Shown in pieces: positions 19,341 to 29,813 of a stretch of 64,000 nucleotides of DNA (positions are counted from its first letter, which is position 1; every line of letters begins with the position of its first letter). The position numbers and the translations under genes were made by a program. This DNA comes from an uncultured delta proteobacterium. GTDB taxonomy: Bacteria; Desulfobacterota; Binatia; Binatales; Binataceae. The stretch covers positions 2,016,001-2,080,000 of the forward strand of contig CAVXXK010000001.1 in NCBI GenBank assembly GCA_963765675.1, in the 5' to 3' direction. The notes beneath the pieces are model-generated. The model was given only the letters and a program-made list of their open reading frames with translations. It had not been told where the DNA came from and searched no databases.

Positions 19341-20549
19341 TCAGCGGCGACGGCGCGCGGCGTCGCTCGCGCGCATCGCTTCGGCGGGAGTTACGATCAG
19401 CCGGGGTTCCTGCTGCGCGTGCTGCTGCTCTTCGGCGACTATCGCGCCGAGCTGGGTTCGCACCATGCTCTGAAAGAACAGGCTGCGCTTCAGGTCGGAT
19501 TCGCTTTGGATCTGTTTCGCGGCTGCGGCCGCCCATGCTGCCGGCTCGCGGCGGCCGCTATGCAGCATGTAGTAGGCGAGGTCCTCGAATCGGCGGCGTG
19601 CGCGGATTCCGGGTTCGCCGGAAAACAGCTCGCCGACCGCACGCTCGACGATGATGTTGATTCGCTCGCGCTGCTGAATCTCGTTGAGCACGATCACGCT
19701 TTCGTTCGCGCGGCCAAGCTCCTCGACGTACGGACCGATCTCGGCGGGAGTCAGCCGCCATTCGAGCAACTCAGGCTCCTCGAGCAGATCGAGCGCCGGC
19801 TCGGACGGGATATCGGCGCCGAGCTCATCGTAAATTGGATGCGCCAGATGAGTCGGCACGGGCGCGGCGATAATCTCGGTGCGCAAGGCGAGGAAATTAC
19901 CGACCCGCGCGCGGCGCGCCTCGGGAGTGCGGCGGTATGCCTCGCACAAAATGAAATCCGCAAGCCGAGGGTCGCCTTCGATCATTCGCATCCCGGCGCG
20001 GCTTTCGAGCTCCTCGCGTTCCGATTTGAGTTCCTTGCGCGAGAGACCGGCCGCGATCGCTCCGACCAATCCGTCGGATTCCGAAACGAGGCCCCACAGG
20101 CGCGTCACGCCGCCCTGCATGCGCGGTTTCGTGATCCAGATAATGCGCGCGCCCTCGCCGTCGATCGGAGAGAACAGCGCCGTGAGCCGATCGGAAGCAG
20201 GGGAGTGCGCGGCATGCTCGATTGAAGTCGCGGTCACGGGCGCGTCGATTCCGCGTTGCCTGAGCTTGAAGAGCGCGCGGCGAATTTCACGCCGGAGCAC
20301 GCCCGTAGCGGAGGTCTCCATCCCGGCGAGAATCGCGGCGGCAGCGGGGTCGGCGATATTCCCGAGCCCACGCGCGAACGCTACCTCACCGACGCTCGCG
20401 CGAATCTCGGCGAGCTTCTTCAGCGCGTCGGTGGCGGGCGCATGAGCGTCGAAGCCGGCGGCGGCGAGCTTTGCGTCGTCGGGATCGACGGACTTGTGCG
20501 GTTTGATTGTCTTCTCGTGGGCCACTGCCGTGATAAAAACTCTTCCCAA
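19341..20549 (-). CDS. Hypothetical protein, largely helical; start uncertain
   Basis: Long ORF with host-like codon usage filling the gap between the GNAT and CYTH genes. Confidence 0.65.
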   Translation of the reverse strand: MGRVFITAVAHEKTIKPHKSVDPDDAKLAAAGFDAHAPATDALKKLAEIRASVGEVAFARGLGNIADPAAAAILAGMETSATGVLRREIRRALFKLRQRGIDAPVTATSIEHAAHSPASDRLTALFSPIDGEGARIIWITKPRMQGGVTRLWGLVSESDGLVGAIAAGLSRKELKSEREELESRAGMRMIEGDPRLADFILCEAYRRTPEARRARVGNFLALRTEIIAAPVPTHLAHPIYDELGADIPSEPALDLLEEPELLEWRLTPAEIGPYVEELGRANESVIVLNEIQQRERINIIVERAVGELFSGEPGIRARRRFEDLAYYMLHSGRREPAAWAAAAAKQIQSESDLKRSLFFQSMVRTQLGAIVAEEQQHAQQEPRLIVTPAEAMRASDAARRRR

Positions 20550-20637
20550 GTCGAGCGAGCGTACGCGGGGTTTTCAATCGATGTCAAGTTCGGATCTTTT
20601 CCACGCGCGCGTGAATTCGCATAATCTTCCAACCCTG

Positions 20638-21171
20638 ATGCGAAACCTGGAAGCGAAATTTCCGCTGCGTGATCACGCCAGCGCCCGTGCGAGCGCCGAA
20701 GCAATTGGATATACCGAGCGCGCAATCCTCCGCCAGCGCGACACGTTTTTCCGCGTCGCGCGGGGCAAACTCAAGTTGCGCGAAGGCGCGGAAGAGGCCC
20801 CTGGCGCGCTGATCTACTATGGACGCGAATCGAGCGGCGAGCTCCAGCTGAGCCGCTACGAAATTGTGCCGGTGTCCGATCCGGTCGCGATGCGCACGAT
20901 GCTTGCGGCGGCGCTTGGAGTTCTGGCGGAGGTGCGTAAGGAGCGAACCCTGCTGATGCGCGCGAACGTGCGGCTGCATCTCGATCGCGTCGAGGACCTT
21001 GGAAATTTCGGCGAAATCGAAGCGGTTATCGCCGAGGGCGACGATCCCGAAAGCAGCCGCGCCGCAGTGGACGAGTTGCTCACCGCACTTGGCATTGGCC
21101 GCGGAGATCTGATCGGCGTCTCATACTTCGAGATGATAGCCGCGCGCCAAAATGCGCCTGTGCGCGGCTAA
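20638..21171 (+). CDS. CYTH domain / class IV adenylate cyclase-like protein
   Basis: 'NLEAK','QRDTFF','KLKLRE','HLDRVEDLGNFGEIE','SY'. Confidence 0.9.
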   Translation: MRNLEAKFPLRDHASARASAEAIGYTERAILRQRDTFFRVARGKLKLREGAEEAPGALIYYGRESSGELQLSRYEIVPVSDPVAMRTMLAAALGVLAEVRKERTLLMRANVRLHLDRVEDLGNFGEIEAVIAEGDDPESSRAAVDELLTALGIGRGDLIGVSYFEMIAARQNAPVRG

Positions 21172-23006
21172 GCCCCGCCGCCGTAGTAATCGTCGAACAT
21201 CCGGCTGCTCGTCCTTTCCACCTGCGGATCGGATAGTCCCCGGTTGCCCGCCGCTTGCAATGCCGATGCGAATGCCAGCAGATTCGCGCGGCACCTCGCC
21301 TCGCGCGCCCCATCGATATATCCGATCGGATCGTCGTCGCTCATGAAGCTGCCCATCTCGGCAAATCCGCGCGCCGAAAGGCGCAGTTGGCGGGCCAGAT
21401 CGGGCGAGCGCGATTCGAACGCATAGGCCATCACAAGAGTCACAGCCTGCATGCGCCCGGCGTGAAACCTTTGCACATCCATCACCGCGCGCCGCTTCGC
21501 GAGCACGTCACGAGAGACAAGCATCCGCGCGAGATCGCCAATTGGCGGCATCGCGTTATTGATCATGTTAGTGGCCAGCCAGCGCGCATTCTCCTGCAGC
21601 GTCTGCGAGACCATCGGTTCGATCTCCGCTGGATCGGCAGGATGGACGAGCGTGACCACCGCGGTATCGTCGGTGCCGCCCCACACACGCAACAGACCCT
21701 GCTTGCTCAGCGATTCGAGAACAGGATCGTCGGGCGCCAGCGGCATCACATACGCCTTGACGCTCGCCGACAGAAGCTCGGCGGGATCGTGCAACGGCTG
21801 CACCTCGACCCAATGGCCGCGTTCAAGCACCACCGGCGTGAAGACTGCGATCGCCGGTCCGAAGGAGGGCTGGTAAAGTTGAAGCAAATGGTCATTGAGA
21901 TGATTGCGCGCGATCACGTTGGCGATTGCGCGCGCGCGATTCCAATTGAGCGCGCGCGGGAAGTGCGTACCCGCGGCCCATCCCGCTTCCGCGAAAATGC
22001 TCGCGGGCTCCAGTGGGATCAGCGTAGCGATCGCCACCAGAGCGATCGCGAACGCGCGGCGTGCGGCGGGAACTGAAATTGAGCGGGTTGCCCAGGCAAG
22101 AAACAGTCCGCCGAGCACCGAACCGGCCAGGGTTGATTGTGCGGCGAAGCGGGCCGGATCCTGCAACAGCCACGCGATCGGCGCGAGCGTCCAGGCGAAG
22201 AGAAATCGATGCCGCATTGGATGGCGCAGAAACGCGATGATGCCGGCTATCGCGAGGAGATCGATCATCAGATCGAAGTGCACCGCCTCGTGTCCGTGCC
22301 TGCCGCGATACCACGCGAGATTGGCGATGAAGTGAATCGAGTAGGGTGCGGTCAGAAGCGCGGTGGCGACGGCGACAATCAGAAGCGAGCGCCATCGCCG
22401 CTCGATTACTGCCGCGATCGTGATTCCGGCCGGCGCGCTCAGAAAGCCACCGAGATGCGTGTAACACGCGAGCACCGTCACCGCGGTCGCGGCGACGAGC
22501 CGGTCTTCGAGAAAAAAGTAGATCGCCCACGGAATCGAGATAAACAGCCATCCCGAAGGAATTCCGATATAGAAGGAGCCGGCGGCGAACGCGCTGCCCG
22601 CGAGCATCGCGACCGCGAACATCGCCGCCATGTCGCCGCCAAGCCTGCGCGCGAAATACAGAACCGTCAGCATCGCGGCGCTCCACTGCGCGATGCCCAG
22701 GATCGCGTTGGCCAGGATAAAGCGGTCGGGTGTGCCGCCGAGCAATTTGCCCAGGAGTGCGATCGCGATATGCAGTGCGGGCCCTTGCAGGTTCGGACGT
22801 CCGCCGGGTCCGAAGTTTATGTGATCCCACCACGCCTGGCCGTGCGCCGCGTACCATTCGGCAAGCGAGATGTGGTAGCCGGAGTCGATGCTGACGCGGT
22901 AGTCGGGCAACGAGATCGCAAGCAGCATTGCGTTGATGCCGAGGATCGACCAGGTCGCGATTCGCGCGGCGCGATTGCGATCACCTTCGAGTACCGGTTC
23001 GAGCAT
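21168..23006 (-). CDS. Polytopic membrane protein, possible GT-C glycosyltransferase
   Basis: 'IDSGYH...WWD....PGGRPNLQGPALH' first loop, about 11 TMs, soluble C-terminal domain. Confidence 0.55.
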   Translation of the reverse strand: MLEPVLEGDRNRAARIATWSILGINAMLLAISLPDYRVSIDSGYHISLAEWYAAHGQAWWDHINFGPGGRPNLQGPALHIAIALLGKLLGGTPDRFILANAILGIAQWSAAMLTVLYFARRLGGDMAAMFAVAMLAGSAFAAGSFYIGIPSGWLFISIPWAIYFFLEDRLVAATAVTVLACYTHLGGFLSAPAGITIAAVIERRWRSLLIVAVATALLTAPYSIHFIANLAWYRGRHGHEAVHFDLMIDLLAIAGIIAFLRHPMRHRFLFAWTLAPIAWLLQDPARFAAQSTLAGSVLGGLFLAWATRSISVPAARRAFAIALVAIATLIPLEPASIFAEAGWAAGTHFPRALNWNRARAIANVIARNHLNDHLLQLYQPSFGPAIAVFTPVVLERGHWVEVQPLHDPAELLSASVKAYVMPLAPDDPVLESLSKQGLLRVWGGTDDTAVVTLVHPADPAEIEPMVSQTLQENARWLATNMINNAMPPIGDLARMLVSRDVLAKRRAVMDVQRFHAGRMQAVTLVMAYAFESRSPDLARQLRLSARGFAEMGSFMSDDDPIGYIDGAREARCRANLLAFASALQAAGNRGLSDPQVERTSSRMFDDYYGGGA

Positions 23007-23078
23007 CGCGCGTTATCGTAACTAACGCGTCGGCGCGGGGGAACGCAGCCGTGGCTCTGCGCTCTTCACGCGATGCTT

Positions 23079-24110
23079 TCAAATTTTCGCGGTGAAAATT
23101 GCGGCCGCGCCGGTCCCGTCGAGATAGGAATCGACGAACGCGCGGTCGCTCGGCGACAACGCGGCGCGCCCCTCGCGCAGCCATTTGAGGCACTTGGCCT
23201 GGTACGGGAACGGCTGCTGCGTCCACGGGCGTCCGTCGATTTCGCATTCGACCCGAGTGGCTCGCGATTCGATCGCGCGCGCGTTCGCGACGAGGAACGG
23301 CGCGTACACGCGGCCAATCTCGATGAAGAACGCGCGCAGTGTCGGCGCGAGCGCCTGGCGCGAGGGCCAATCTGTGGGCTCGAGCGCCGATAGATCGTCC
23401 ACGTGCGAGACCCACGAAATGACGCGGGGCGCTTCGCGCGCCGTAAGCGCGGCTGGGGTCGGATCGAAATGCGCGAGCTGGCTCAGCTGTCCGAAGATTC
23501 CGAAAGTCGCCAACGCCAGGCCGCGAACCCATCAGGAAATAGTTGCCCGCCTTCAGATGCTCGTCGAGCAGATGAATGAAGCGGCGGTAACTGTCCTCGA
23601 TCACCGGCGTCGTGACGTCGTTGGAGCCGACCACGCCGAGGCGCGCGATTTGCCGCTCGGCGATATAGGTCGAGGCCTTCTTCACGCGCGCGTCATCCAG
23701 ATGCAGGTCGCGGTCGAGCGCGAGGACGTGCGAGGCCTTGTGGATATCGGCGTCGTACTTCCATCGGTAGTGAAACATCGGCTTGGTCAGCCATTCGTCG
23801 CCGTAGTCCTCGAGCATCTCTTGCAGGAACGCGAGCGCCGGGTCGGGCGGTACCAGCGAGCGCTCGGCGAACATTTTTTCGAGGCGCTTGATCTGGAAAG
23901 TCGAATCGATCATCGCCTCGTCGGGCGCAGCCGTTTTGACCCGGGAAAACCAGCACCGGAATCAAGGCGACCGGAACCGGCGGAATTCTCGAGATCGGCG
24001 GCCGAGCCGCGCATGATCCATCGAAATTCGATTCGCCGATAGCGCAGCACCGCGCGCATCTTGCGCGAATACGGCGATCCGTAGCCGCCCACCAGTTTCA
24101 ATGGAAGCAT
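23079..24110 (-). CDS. Glutathione S-transferase family protein, three apparent +1 frameshifts
   Basis: '[14 protein letters not shown]','LIPVL','DST..IKRLE','[17 protein letters not shown]','[11 protein letters not shown]' spread over successive frames. Confidence 0.8.
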
Positions 24111-24122
24111 CGCAAAGGCCTC

Positions 24123-25700
24123 CTACGCGGGCGCCTCGACCGGAAGCTGTGGATCCCGCGGCTTCGGCAGATGATCATAAAGGTCGGCGATCAGGTTGGA
24201 TTTCATCTTCTCGTAGCCCGCGTCGTTCCACAGATTTCGCCACTGATTCGGATCATCCTTCAGATTGTAGAGCTCGCCCTCGGTGCCGTCGTAGCGGATG
24301 TCGAGAATCGCCTGCGTACCGCGGAGCATCGCGGGTACTTGGTCGACGTCGTAGCCAACATCGCGCGTGGACTTTTCGTACACGGTGCAGACCCATCCGT
24401 CGCGATAGATCGTCCGCAGATGCATCCCGAGCTGCTTGAACTGACTGTCCCATTCGGTGATGACGCGCTCGCGGCCCGAGCCGGATGCGGTCGGAAGCGG
24501 TTTGCCCTCGATCCAATCCGGAATTGGAGCGCCCGCGATTTTGCAGAACGTAGGCGCCAGATCGAGCTGGCCGACCGGTTCGCTGATTTGCGCGGGCGCG
24601 ATTTTGGCCGACGGAGCCGGCCGCCAGATCATCGGCAGATGCATCAGCGCGTCTACGTGGTACGGGCCTTTGTATAGCAGGCCGAAATCGCCCTGCAGCT
24701 CGCCATGATCGGTGGTGAAAATAACGTCGGTGTCGGCGTCCCATCCGCGCTCTGCTATTCGCGCCATCACGCGGCCAACGGCCTGGTCGATAAGCTCGTT
24801 CTCGACGTGAGTCATCGCGTTGACTTCGCGCACCTGGTCGGGCGTCATCCGCGCAGGCACAAAGCTCATTGGTCCGCCTTCGGGATTGCTGAACCGGCCT
24901 TCGTACCAGTCGAGCCAGTGGCGCGGTTTCTGCGCGAGGATCTTTTCCGCCTGCTCGCGCGAGCGCGGATAACCGGCGGGCAAATCGAGATCGCGCCAGT
25001 TGATGCGGCGCGCTTCTTTCTCCGGCGGATCCCACGGATGATGCGGGTCGGGAAAACTCATCCACACGAACCAGTCCTCATTCGAATCGAGCGAATTGAG
25101 AAACGCGAGCGTGCGCTCAGCGACCCAGTCGGTATGATAGTGCTCGCGCGGAATCGGATTGTACTTGACCTCGGGAGCGCCGGTATCGCCGCCGGCCTGC
25201 GCGGTCAGGAGCGGAGCGAAGCCGCCGATATCCTCCGGATGCTTCTGCTGCAGCCACAGCGAGTAATGCCATCCGCCGACAGGCCCGTGCATCGCGAGCT
25301 CCATCCGCTCGAAGCCGCGATACGGACCGGTCGAACCCTTGCGCGCCATCGCGTTCTCGAACCACCGCCCTTGAATGTCGAAGGCGGGCTCGAAATGCGC
25401 CTTGCCGAGCAGCGCGGTGCGGTATCCCGCCTTTTCATGAAGCCATGCGGCAGCGTTTGGAGCGTCGGCCGGCAGTGCGATGCCATTGGCGAAGACGCCG
25501 TGGGTGCGCACGTACTGGCCCGTGAGCATCGTTGCGCGCGCCGGCATGCAGACCACGTTCTGGTTGTGCGCGCGGCGGTAGTTGATGCCGGTGGCAGCGA
25601 GGCGATCGATGTTCGGAGTCTGCGCGATCTTGCCGCCGTTGCATCCGAGCGAGTCGTAGCGCTGCTGATCGGTAGTGATGAAGAGAATCTTGCGTCCCAT
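24123..25700 (-). CDS. Sulfatase (Cys-type, formylglycine-dependent)
   Basis: 'ILFITTDQQR', CxPxR 'CMPAR','GKAH','DPHHP','TTDHG','ELYNL..DP'. Confidence 0.92.
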   Translation of the reverse strand: MGRKILFITTDQQRYDSLGCNGGKIAQTPNIDRLAATGINYRRAHNQNVVCMPARATMLTGQYVRTHGVFANGIALPADAPNAAAWLHEKAGYRTALLGKAHFEPAFDIQGRWFENAMARKGSTGPYRGFERMELAMHGPVGGWHYSLWLQQKHPEDIGGFAPLLTAQAGGDTGAPEVKYNPIPREHYHTDWVAERTLAFLNSLDSNEDWFVWMSFPDPHHPWDPPEKEARRINWRDLDLPAGYPRSREQAEKILAQKPRHWLDWYEGRFSNPEGGPMSFVPARMTPDQVREVNAMTHVENELIDQAVGRVMARIAERGWDADTDVIFTTDHGELQGDFGLLYKGPYHVDALMHLPMIWRPAPSAKIAPAQISEPVGQLDLAPTFCKIAGAPIPDWIEGKPLPTASGSGRERVITEWDSQFKQLGMHLRTIYRDGWVCTVYEKSTRDVGYDVDQVPAMLRGTQAILDIRYDGTEGELYNLKDDPNQWRNLWNDAGYEKMKSNLIADLYDHLPKPRDPQLPVEAPA

Positions 25701-25736
25701 CTTTTTTACCTTGCGGTCAATTCTTAAAGCGTTGGA

Positions 25737-26342
25737 TTAGGTTCTATCGCGAAGAATAGCGGCGATCGCGTGTGCGATAGCCTTGCGCGCCTGCGCCGGA
25801 TTCAAGCCCTGCTGCGCGCGCATCACTTCCCAGGTTTCCCAGGCGCTAATCGCCTCGAGCGCCGCGAGCAAGTCGCGTCGGTCGGCGGAAGCAAGCGCGC
25901 CGAGTTCGCTCCGAAACACCAGCCGAACTTCGTTGCGCAGGATCGCGCGCGCAGCGCCCAGCCGCTCGGCGATCACGGGTGAGAACGGCTCGAGCCGAAT
26001 CGACGCTCGCCGGACCGGCGAGACCGTCTCATGGAGCTCGGTGCGAATTCGCACGAACTCTGCGATACGGCGGTCAAGGGCGAGAGAGGGCGGAACCGAT
26101 CGGAGTAGAGGACGTAGGCGCTCAAATTGCAAATCGGCGGCGTCGGCGAGAATCGCTTCCATATCGCCAAAGTGATGAAAAACCAGCCGCAGCGAAACGC
26201 CGGCGCGCGCGGCGATCTGCGCGGCGGTCGGCTTGACAACGCCGTCGTTGAGCAGATCGAGCATCGCGGCTGCGACCGCGGTGCGAGCGCGATGCCCGCG
26301 CGCAGCGCGGCCGTCGGCGGGAACGATCTGCAAATTTGTCAT
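25737..26342 (-). CDS. TetR/AcrR family transcriptional regulator
   Basis: HTH 'PTAAQIAARAGVSLRLVFHHF'. Confidence 0.9.
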   Translation of the reverse strand: MTNLQIVPADGRAARGHRARTAVAAAMLDLLNDGVVKPTAAQIAARAGVSLRLVFHHFGDMEAILADAADLQFERLRPLLRSVPPSLALDRRIAEFVRIRTELHETVSPVRRASIRLEPFSPVIAERLGAARAILRNEVRLVFRSELGALASADRRDLLAALEAISAWETWEVMRAQQGLNPAQARKAIAHAIAAILRDRT

Positions 26343-26378
26343 GCTGGATAATTATTACATTGGGAGTGCAAATACAAG
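26343..26378 (-). promoter_or_regulatory. AT-rich promoter/operator just upstream of tetR, possibly leaderless
   Basis: TAATAAT within about 10 nt of the ATG; imperfect inverted repeat TTACA-N7-TGCAA; no obvious SD. Confidence 0.3.
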
Positions 26379-26477
26379 GAGCTCGTTTCTCCGGACGCCG
26401 TTCCTCGCGCGCGGCAGCCACTCGCGGGAATGACGGGCAAGCATCAATTCGAATCGACGCTATCGCGCGAGGCGCGT

Positions 26478-27077
26478 TTACGCTTCGAGGATCGCGAGCA
26501 GATCGAGCGTGATCCGGAGCGTGAGTCCCCAGATGGTTTGTCCGCCGTAAAGGATCGCGGGAAATTTTGAAACGTGCGCGCCGTTGCCGTCACGGCTCCA
26601 TTCGTAGTCGCCGCGAAAGCGCGGATCGCGCAGCGCGCTCAGCGGCACCTCGAAGATCTCCGCAACTTCGTCGGGACTCGGCCGCATCGGAGTAGTCGCT
26701 GCGATCACGCCCGCGAACGGCGCGACGATGATTCCGCTCGTGAGAGTGCTCTCGACCGGGAACGCGCCGAGCACGTCGACCGCGTGGGGCGGGATCGCGA
26801 CTTCCTCATGGGCTTCGCGCAGCGCGGTATTCAGCAGAGTCGCGTCGCCAGGATCGACCCGGCCGCCAGGAAAGGCGACCTGTCCGCGATGACTCTCGAC
26901 GTGATCGGAACGGCGAATGTACACGACGCGCAACTCGCCCGCGCGCTCGAGGATTGGAATCAGAACGGCGGCGCCTTTGCGATTGTTCGCGAGCAGATCG
27001 CGCGGAGGAGGTTTGGTCTTGGAAAGATGCGAGCGCAGCCGCTCGACGTTGCCCGTGAAATCGAGTGCGGCGTTCAT
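26478..27077 (-). CDS. Nudix CoA pyrophosphatase (NudL-like)
   Basis: 'AAVLIP','HRGQVAFPGG','TALREAHEEV','IWGLT'. Confidence 0.92.
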   Translation of the reverse strand: MNAALDFTGNVERLRSHLSKTKPPPRDLLANNRKGAAVLIPILERAGELRVVYIRRSDHVESHRGQVAFPGGRVDPGDATLLNTALREAHEEVAIPPHAVDVLGAFPVESTLTSGIIVAPFAGVIAATTPMRPSPDEVAEIFEVPLSALRDPRFRGDYEWSRDGNGAHVSKFPAILYGGQTIWGLTLRITLDLLAILEA

Positions 27078-27267
27078 GCGAATGATCCTGCCGTGAGATT
27101 TGCGAATTCGGCAACCGCAAGGTTTGCGTTCGATGGTTCCATCGCATCAGATAATCCTGTGGCGGCGGTGCGCTTGCAAGGCTTGGGCGTTTGGTTCGAC
27201 GCTGGAGCGCAGCTAAGCTCCGATGCGCGGCGCCTTCGGATTGGGGGCAGCGCGTGCGGATTTTGCG

Positions 27268-28476
27268 ATGCGTTATCTAATCGGCAGATATCACGAGATT
27301 GCGCTTAAGGGCCGCAACCAGTGGCGCTTCGTCGATCAATTGCGCCACAATCTTCGTGCCGTCTTTGCCGACGTCGGGATCGGCAAGATGCGCGGCGAGG
27401 GTCCGCGTGTGCTCGCCGAAATTCCCGACGGCGTTGCCGATGCGACCGTGATCGAGCGCGCGGGGCTGGTGTTCGGCCTGCAGAATTTTTCGCTCAGCTA
27501 CCAGGTTCCGCTCGAGCTCGAAGCGATCAAACGAGAGGCGATCGCGCGCGCGCGGGAGCATCCGGCGCGTACGTTCCGCGTGACCACGCGCCGCGGCGAC
27601 AAGCGCTTCGCGATGAACTCGATGGAGATAGATCGCGAAGTTGGCGGCGCGGTTCAGGACGAGCTGGGTTACGAGGTCAATCTTAATCATCCCGAGCTGG
27701 TGATCTCGATCGAGATGCTCGCAAACAGCGCGTTCGTGTCGGCGGGTAAGATTCCCGGCGCGGGAGGATTGCCGGTCGGCGTTTCCGGGCGCGCCGTCGC
27801 GCTGCTCTCGGGCGGAATCGATTCGCCGGTCGCGGCCTTTCGGATGATGCGGCGGGGACTCAAGCTCGACTTTGTGCACTTTCATGCGCATCCTCTCGTC
27901 TCTCCCGCGAGCCGCGAGAAGGCCTGCGAGCTGGTGACGCACCTGACACGCTACCAGTCGTCGTCCACGCTGGCGCTGGTCGCATTCGGGAATTTCCAGC
28001 GCGAGATCGTCGCGAGTTCGCTGCGTCCGCTGCGCGTGATTCTCTATCGGCGCCTGATGGTGCGGATCGCATGCGCGCTGGCCGAGAAGACGCGCGCCAC
28101 CGCGATCGTCACGGGCGAGAGCCTGGGGCAGGTCGCCTCGCAGACGCTCGACAACATGGCGGTGATCGAAAACGCCGCGAGCATGCCGATCCTGCGTCCG
28201 CTGGTCGGCAGCGACAAGAATGAGATTATCGATCAGGCGCGCTTGCTCGGCACTTTCGAGACCTCGATTCTTCCCGACGAGGATTGCTGCACGCTGTTCG
28301 TGCCGGCGCATCCGGAAACTCACGCGCGGCTCGATGAAGTCGAGGCGGCGGAGTCGCGGCTGGATTTGGCGCGGATGGTGACCGAGGCGGTCGACGCGGC
28401 CGAGGTGCGGCGCTTCGTGTTTCCGCCGCTATCCGATCGCGCGGTCAAAAGTGCAGCGCCAGAACCGCGGCATTGA
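27268..28476 (+). CDS. thiI: tRNA 4-thiouridine synthase ThiI (THUMP + PP-loop, no rhodanese domain)
   Basis: 'RYHEIALKGRN','GGLPVG','LLSGGIDSPVA','TGESLGQVASQTL','EDCC'. Confidence 0.95.
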   Translation: MRYLIGRYHEIALKGRNQWRFVDQLRHNLRAVFADVGIGKMRGEGPRVLAEIPDGVADATVIERAGLVFGLQNFSLSYQVPLELEAIKREAIARAREHPARTFRVTTRRGDKRFAMNSMEIDREVGGAVQDELGYEVNLNHPELVISIEMLANSAFVSAGKIPGAGGLPVGVSGRAVALLSGGIDSPVAAFRMMRRGLKLDFVHFHAHPLVSPASREKACELVTHLTRYQSSSTLALVAFGNFQREIVASSLRPLRVILYRRLMVRIACALAEKTRATAIVTGESLGQVASQTLDNMAVIENAASMPILRPLVGSDKNEIIDQARLLGTFETSILPDEDCCTLFVPAHPETHARLDEVEAAESRLDLARMVTEAVDAAEVRRFVFPPLSDRAVKSAAPEPRH

Positions 28477-29677
28477 CCAGCAGCGTTAATATGGCAATCG
28501 GCAAACCGACCCTCAGATAATCGCCGAAGCTGATCAGCACCCCGCGTGCGCGCGCCTGCTCGATCACGATCAGGTTCGCCATCGATCCCACGATGGTCAG
28601 ATTTCCCGCCATCGTGCTCGAGCCCGCGATCACGAAAGCGACTTCGCGCGTGCCGCCGAGCAGTGGATAAAGTGGGCGAAACAGCAGCACGGCAGGCACG
28701 TTGCTCACCAGGTTCGAGAGGATTGCTGTCACGGCAGAGAGCGTAAGTGGATTGGCCAGCGCCTGGACGCCGGTCCACCTGATGATGTCGTCCTGCACCC
28801 CGGTGGTCTGAAACCCGGCCACCACGATGAACAGCCCGGTGAACATCGCGAGCATCGTCCAATCGATCAGCGCGTACACGCGGTCCGGATTGATTTGGCG
28901 CGTGAACAGCAACACCACGCCCGCGCCCATCGCGACCAGGTCGGTCGGAAAGCCGGCGACGAACAAACCGAGCGCGGCGATCGCGACGGCGGTGGATTTG
29001 ATCATCAGGAAACGGTTCGCGTCCGGCAGCGCGGGAGAGTCGGTGCCGGCCGTGCGATGCAGTTTTCCGAGCGATCCGCGATAGACGAACGCCAAAATCG
29101 CAAAATCGATCACCAATCCGAGAATCGCCGACGGCGCCAGGTGAATGGCGAACGGCAAGTATCCGAGATGGGCAAAGCCGGCGACGATCATGTTCTGCGG
29201 ATTGCCGGTGATCGTCGCGGCGCTGCCGATATTGCTCGCGGTCGCCAGCGCCAAAAGGAACGGCACCGGCTCGGCGCCCAGCATCTCGGTAACGTCGATC
29301 AGCAGAGGAGTCAGCGCAAGGCAGACCACGTCGTTGATGAAAAACGCCGCGAGCACGCCCGACACCGCCACCGTCATCGCCAGCAGGCCGTAGCCGGTTT
29401 CAGCGCGGTCGAGCAGCGCCCGCGCGAAGAGCTGGAACGCGCCCGACAGGCGCAGATTCGCGACGACGATCATCATCCCGAGCAGCAGCGCGATGGTGTG
29501 AAAGTCAATTGCCCTGAGGGTTGCTTGCTCGGACAGCACGCCTGCCGCCACCATCGCGACCGCACCCGCGAGAGCGGCGCCGGTGCGGTCGATGCGCAAA
29601 AACGGCAGCTTGCCGACCGCGATCACGAAGTAGGTCAGCGCGAAAATCGCGAGAGCAATTGCGCTGTGTGGATTCAT
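28445..29677 (-). CDS. Anion transporter (ArsB/NhaD/CitMHS, YbiR-like)
   Basis: 'RIDRTG','ASNIGSAATITGNPQN','SNLVSNVPAV','AGNLT..GS.ANLIV'. Confidence 0.9.
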   Translation of the reverse strand: MNPHSAIALAIFALTYFVIAVGKLPFLRIDRTGAALAGAVAMVAAGVLSEQATLRAIDFHTIALLLGMMIVVANLRLSGAFQLFARALLDRAETGYGLLAMTVAVSGVLAAFFINDVVCLALTPLLIDVTEMLGAEPVPFLLALATASNIGSAATITGNPQNMIVAGFAHLGYLPFAIHLAPSAILGLVIDFAILAFVYRGSLGKLHRTAGTDSPALPDANRFLMIKSTAVAIAALGLFVAGFPTDLVAMGAGVVLLFTRQINPDRVYALIDWTMLAMFTGLFIVVAGFQTTGVQDDIIRWTGVQALANPLTLSAVTAILSNLVSNVPAVLLFRPLYPLLGGTREVAFVIAGSSTMAGNLTIVGSMANLIVIEQARARGVLISFGDYLRVGLPIAILTLLVNAAVLALHF

Positions 29678-29813
29678 CAGAGGGGGAGGATTTGTCTTAT
29701 CAGCTTGTGGATTCAGCGCCTGCCGGTTCTCATAATCTGGGCCGCGCTGCCGGTAATCAAGCGGCAAATTGGTAGTTCACACTCGCCTGCGCATGGCGAT
29801 ATAGTGCCAAACC

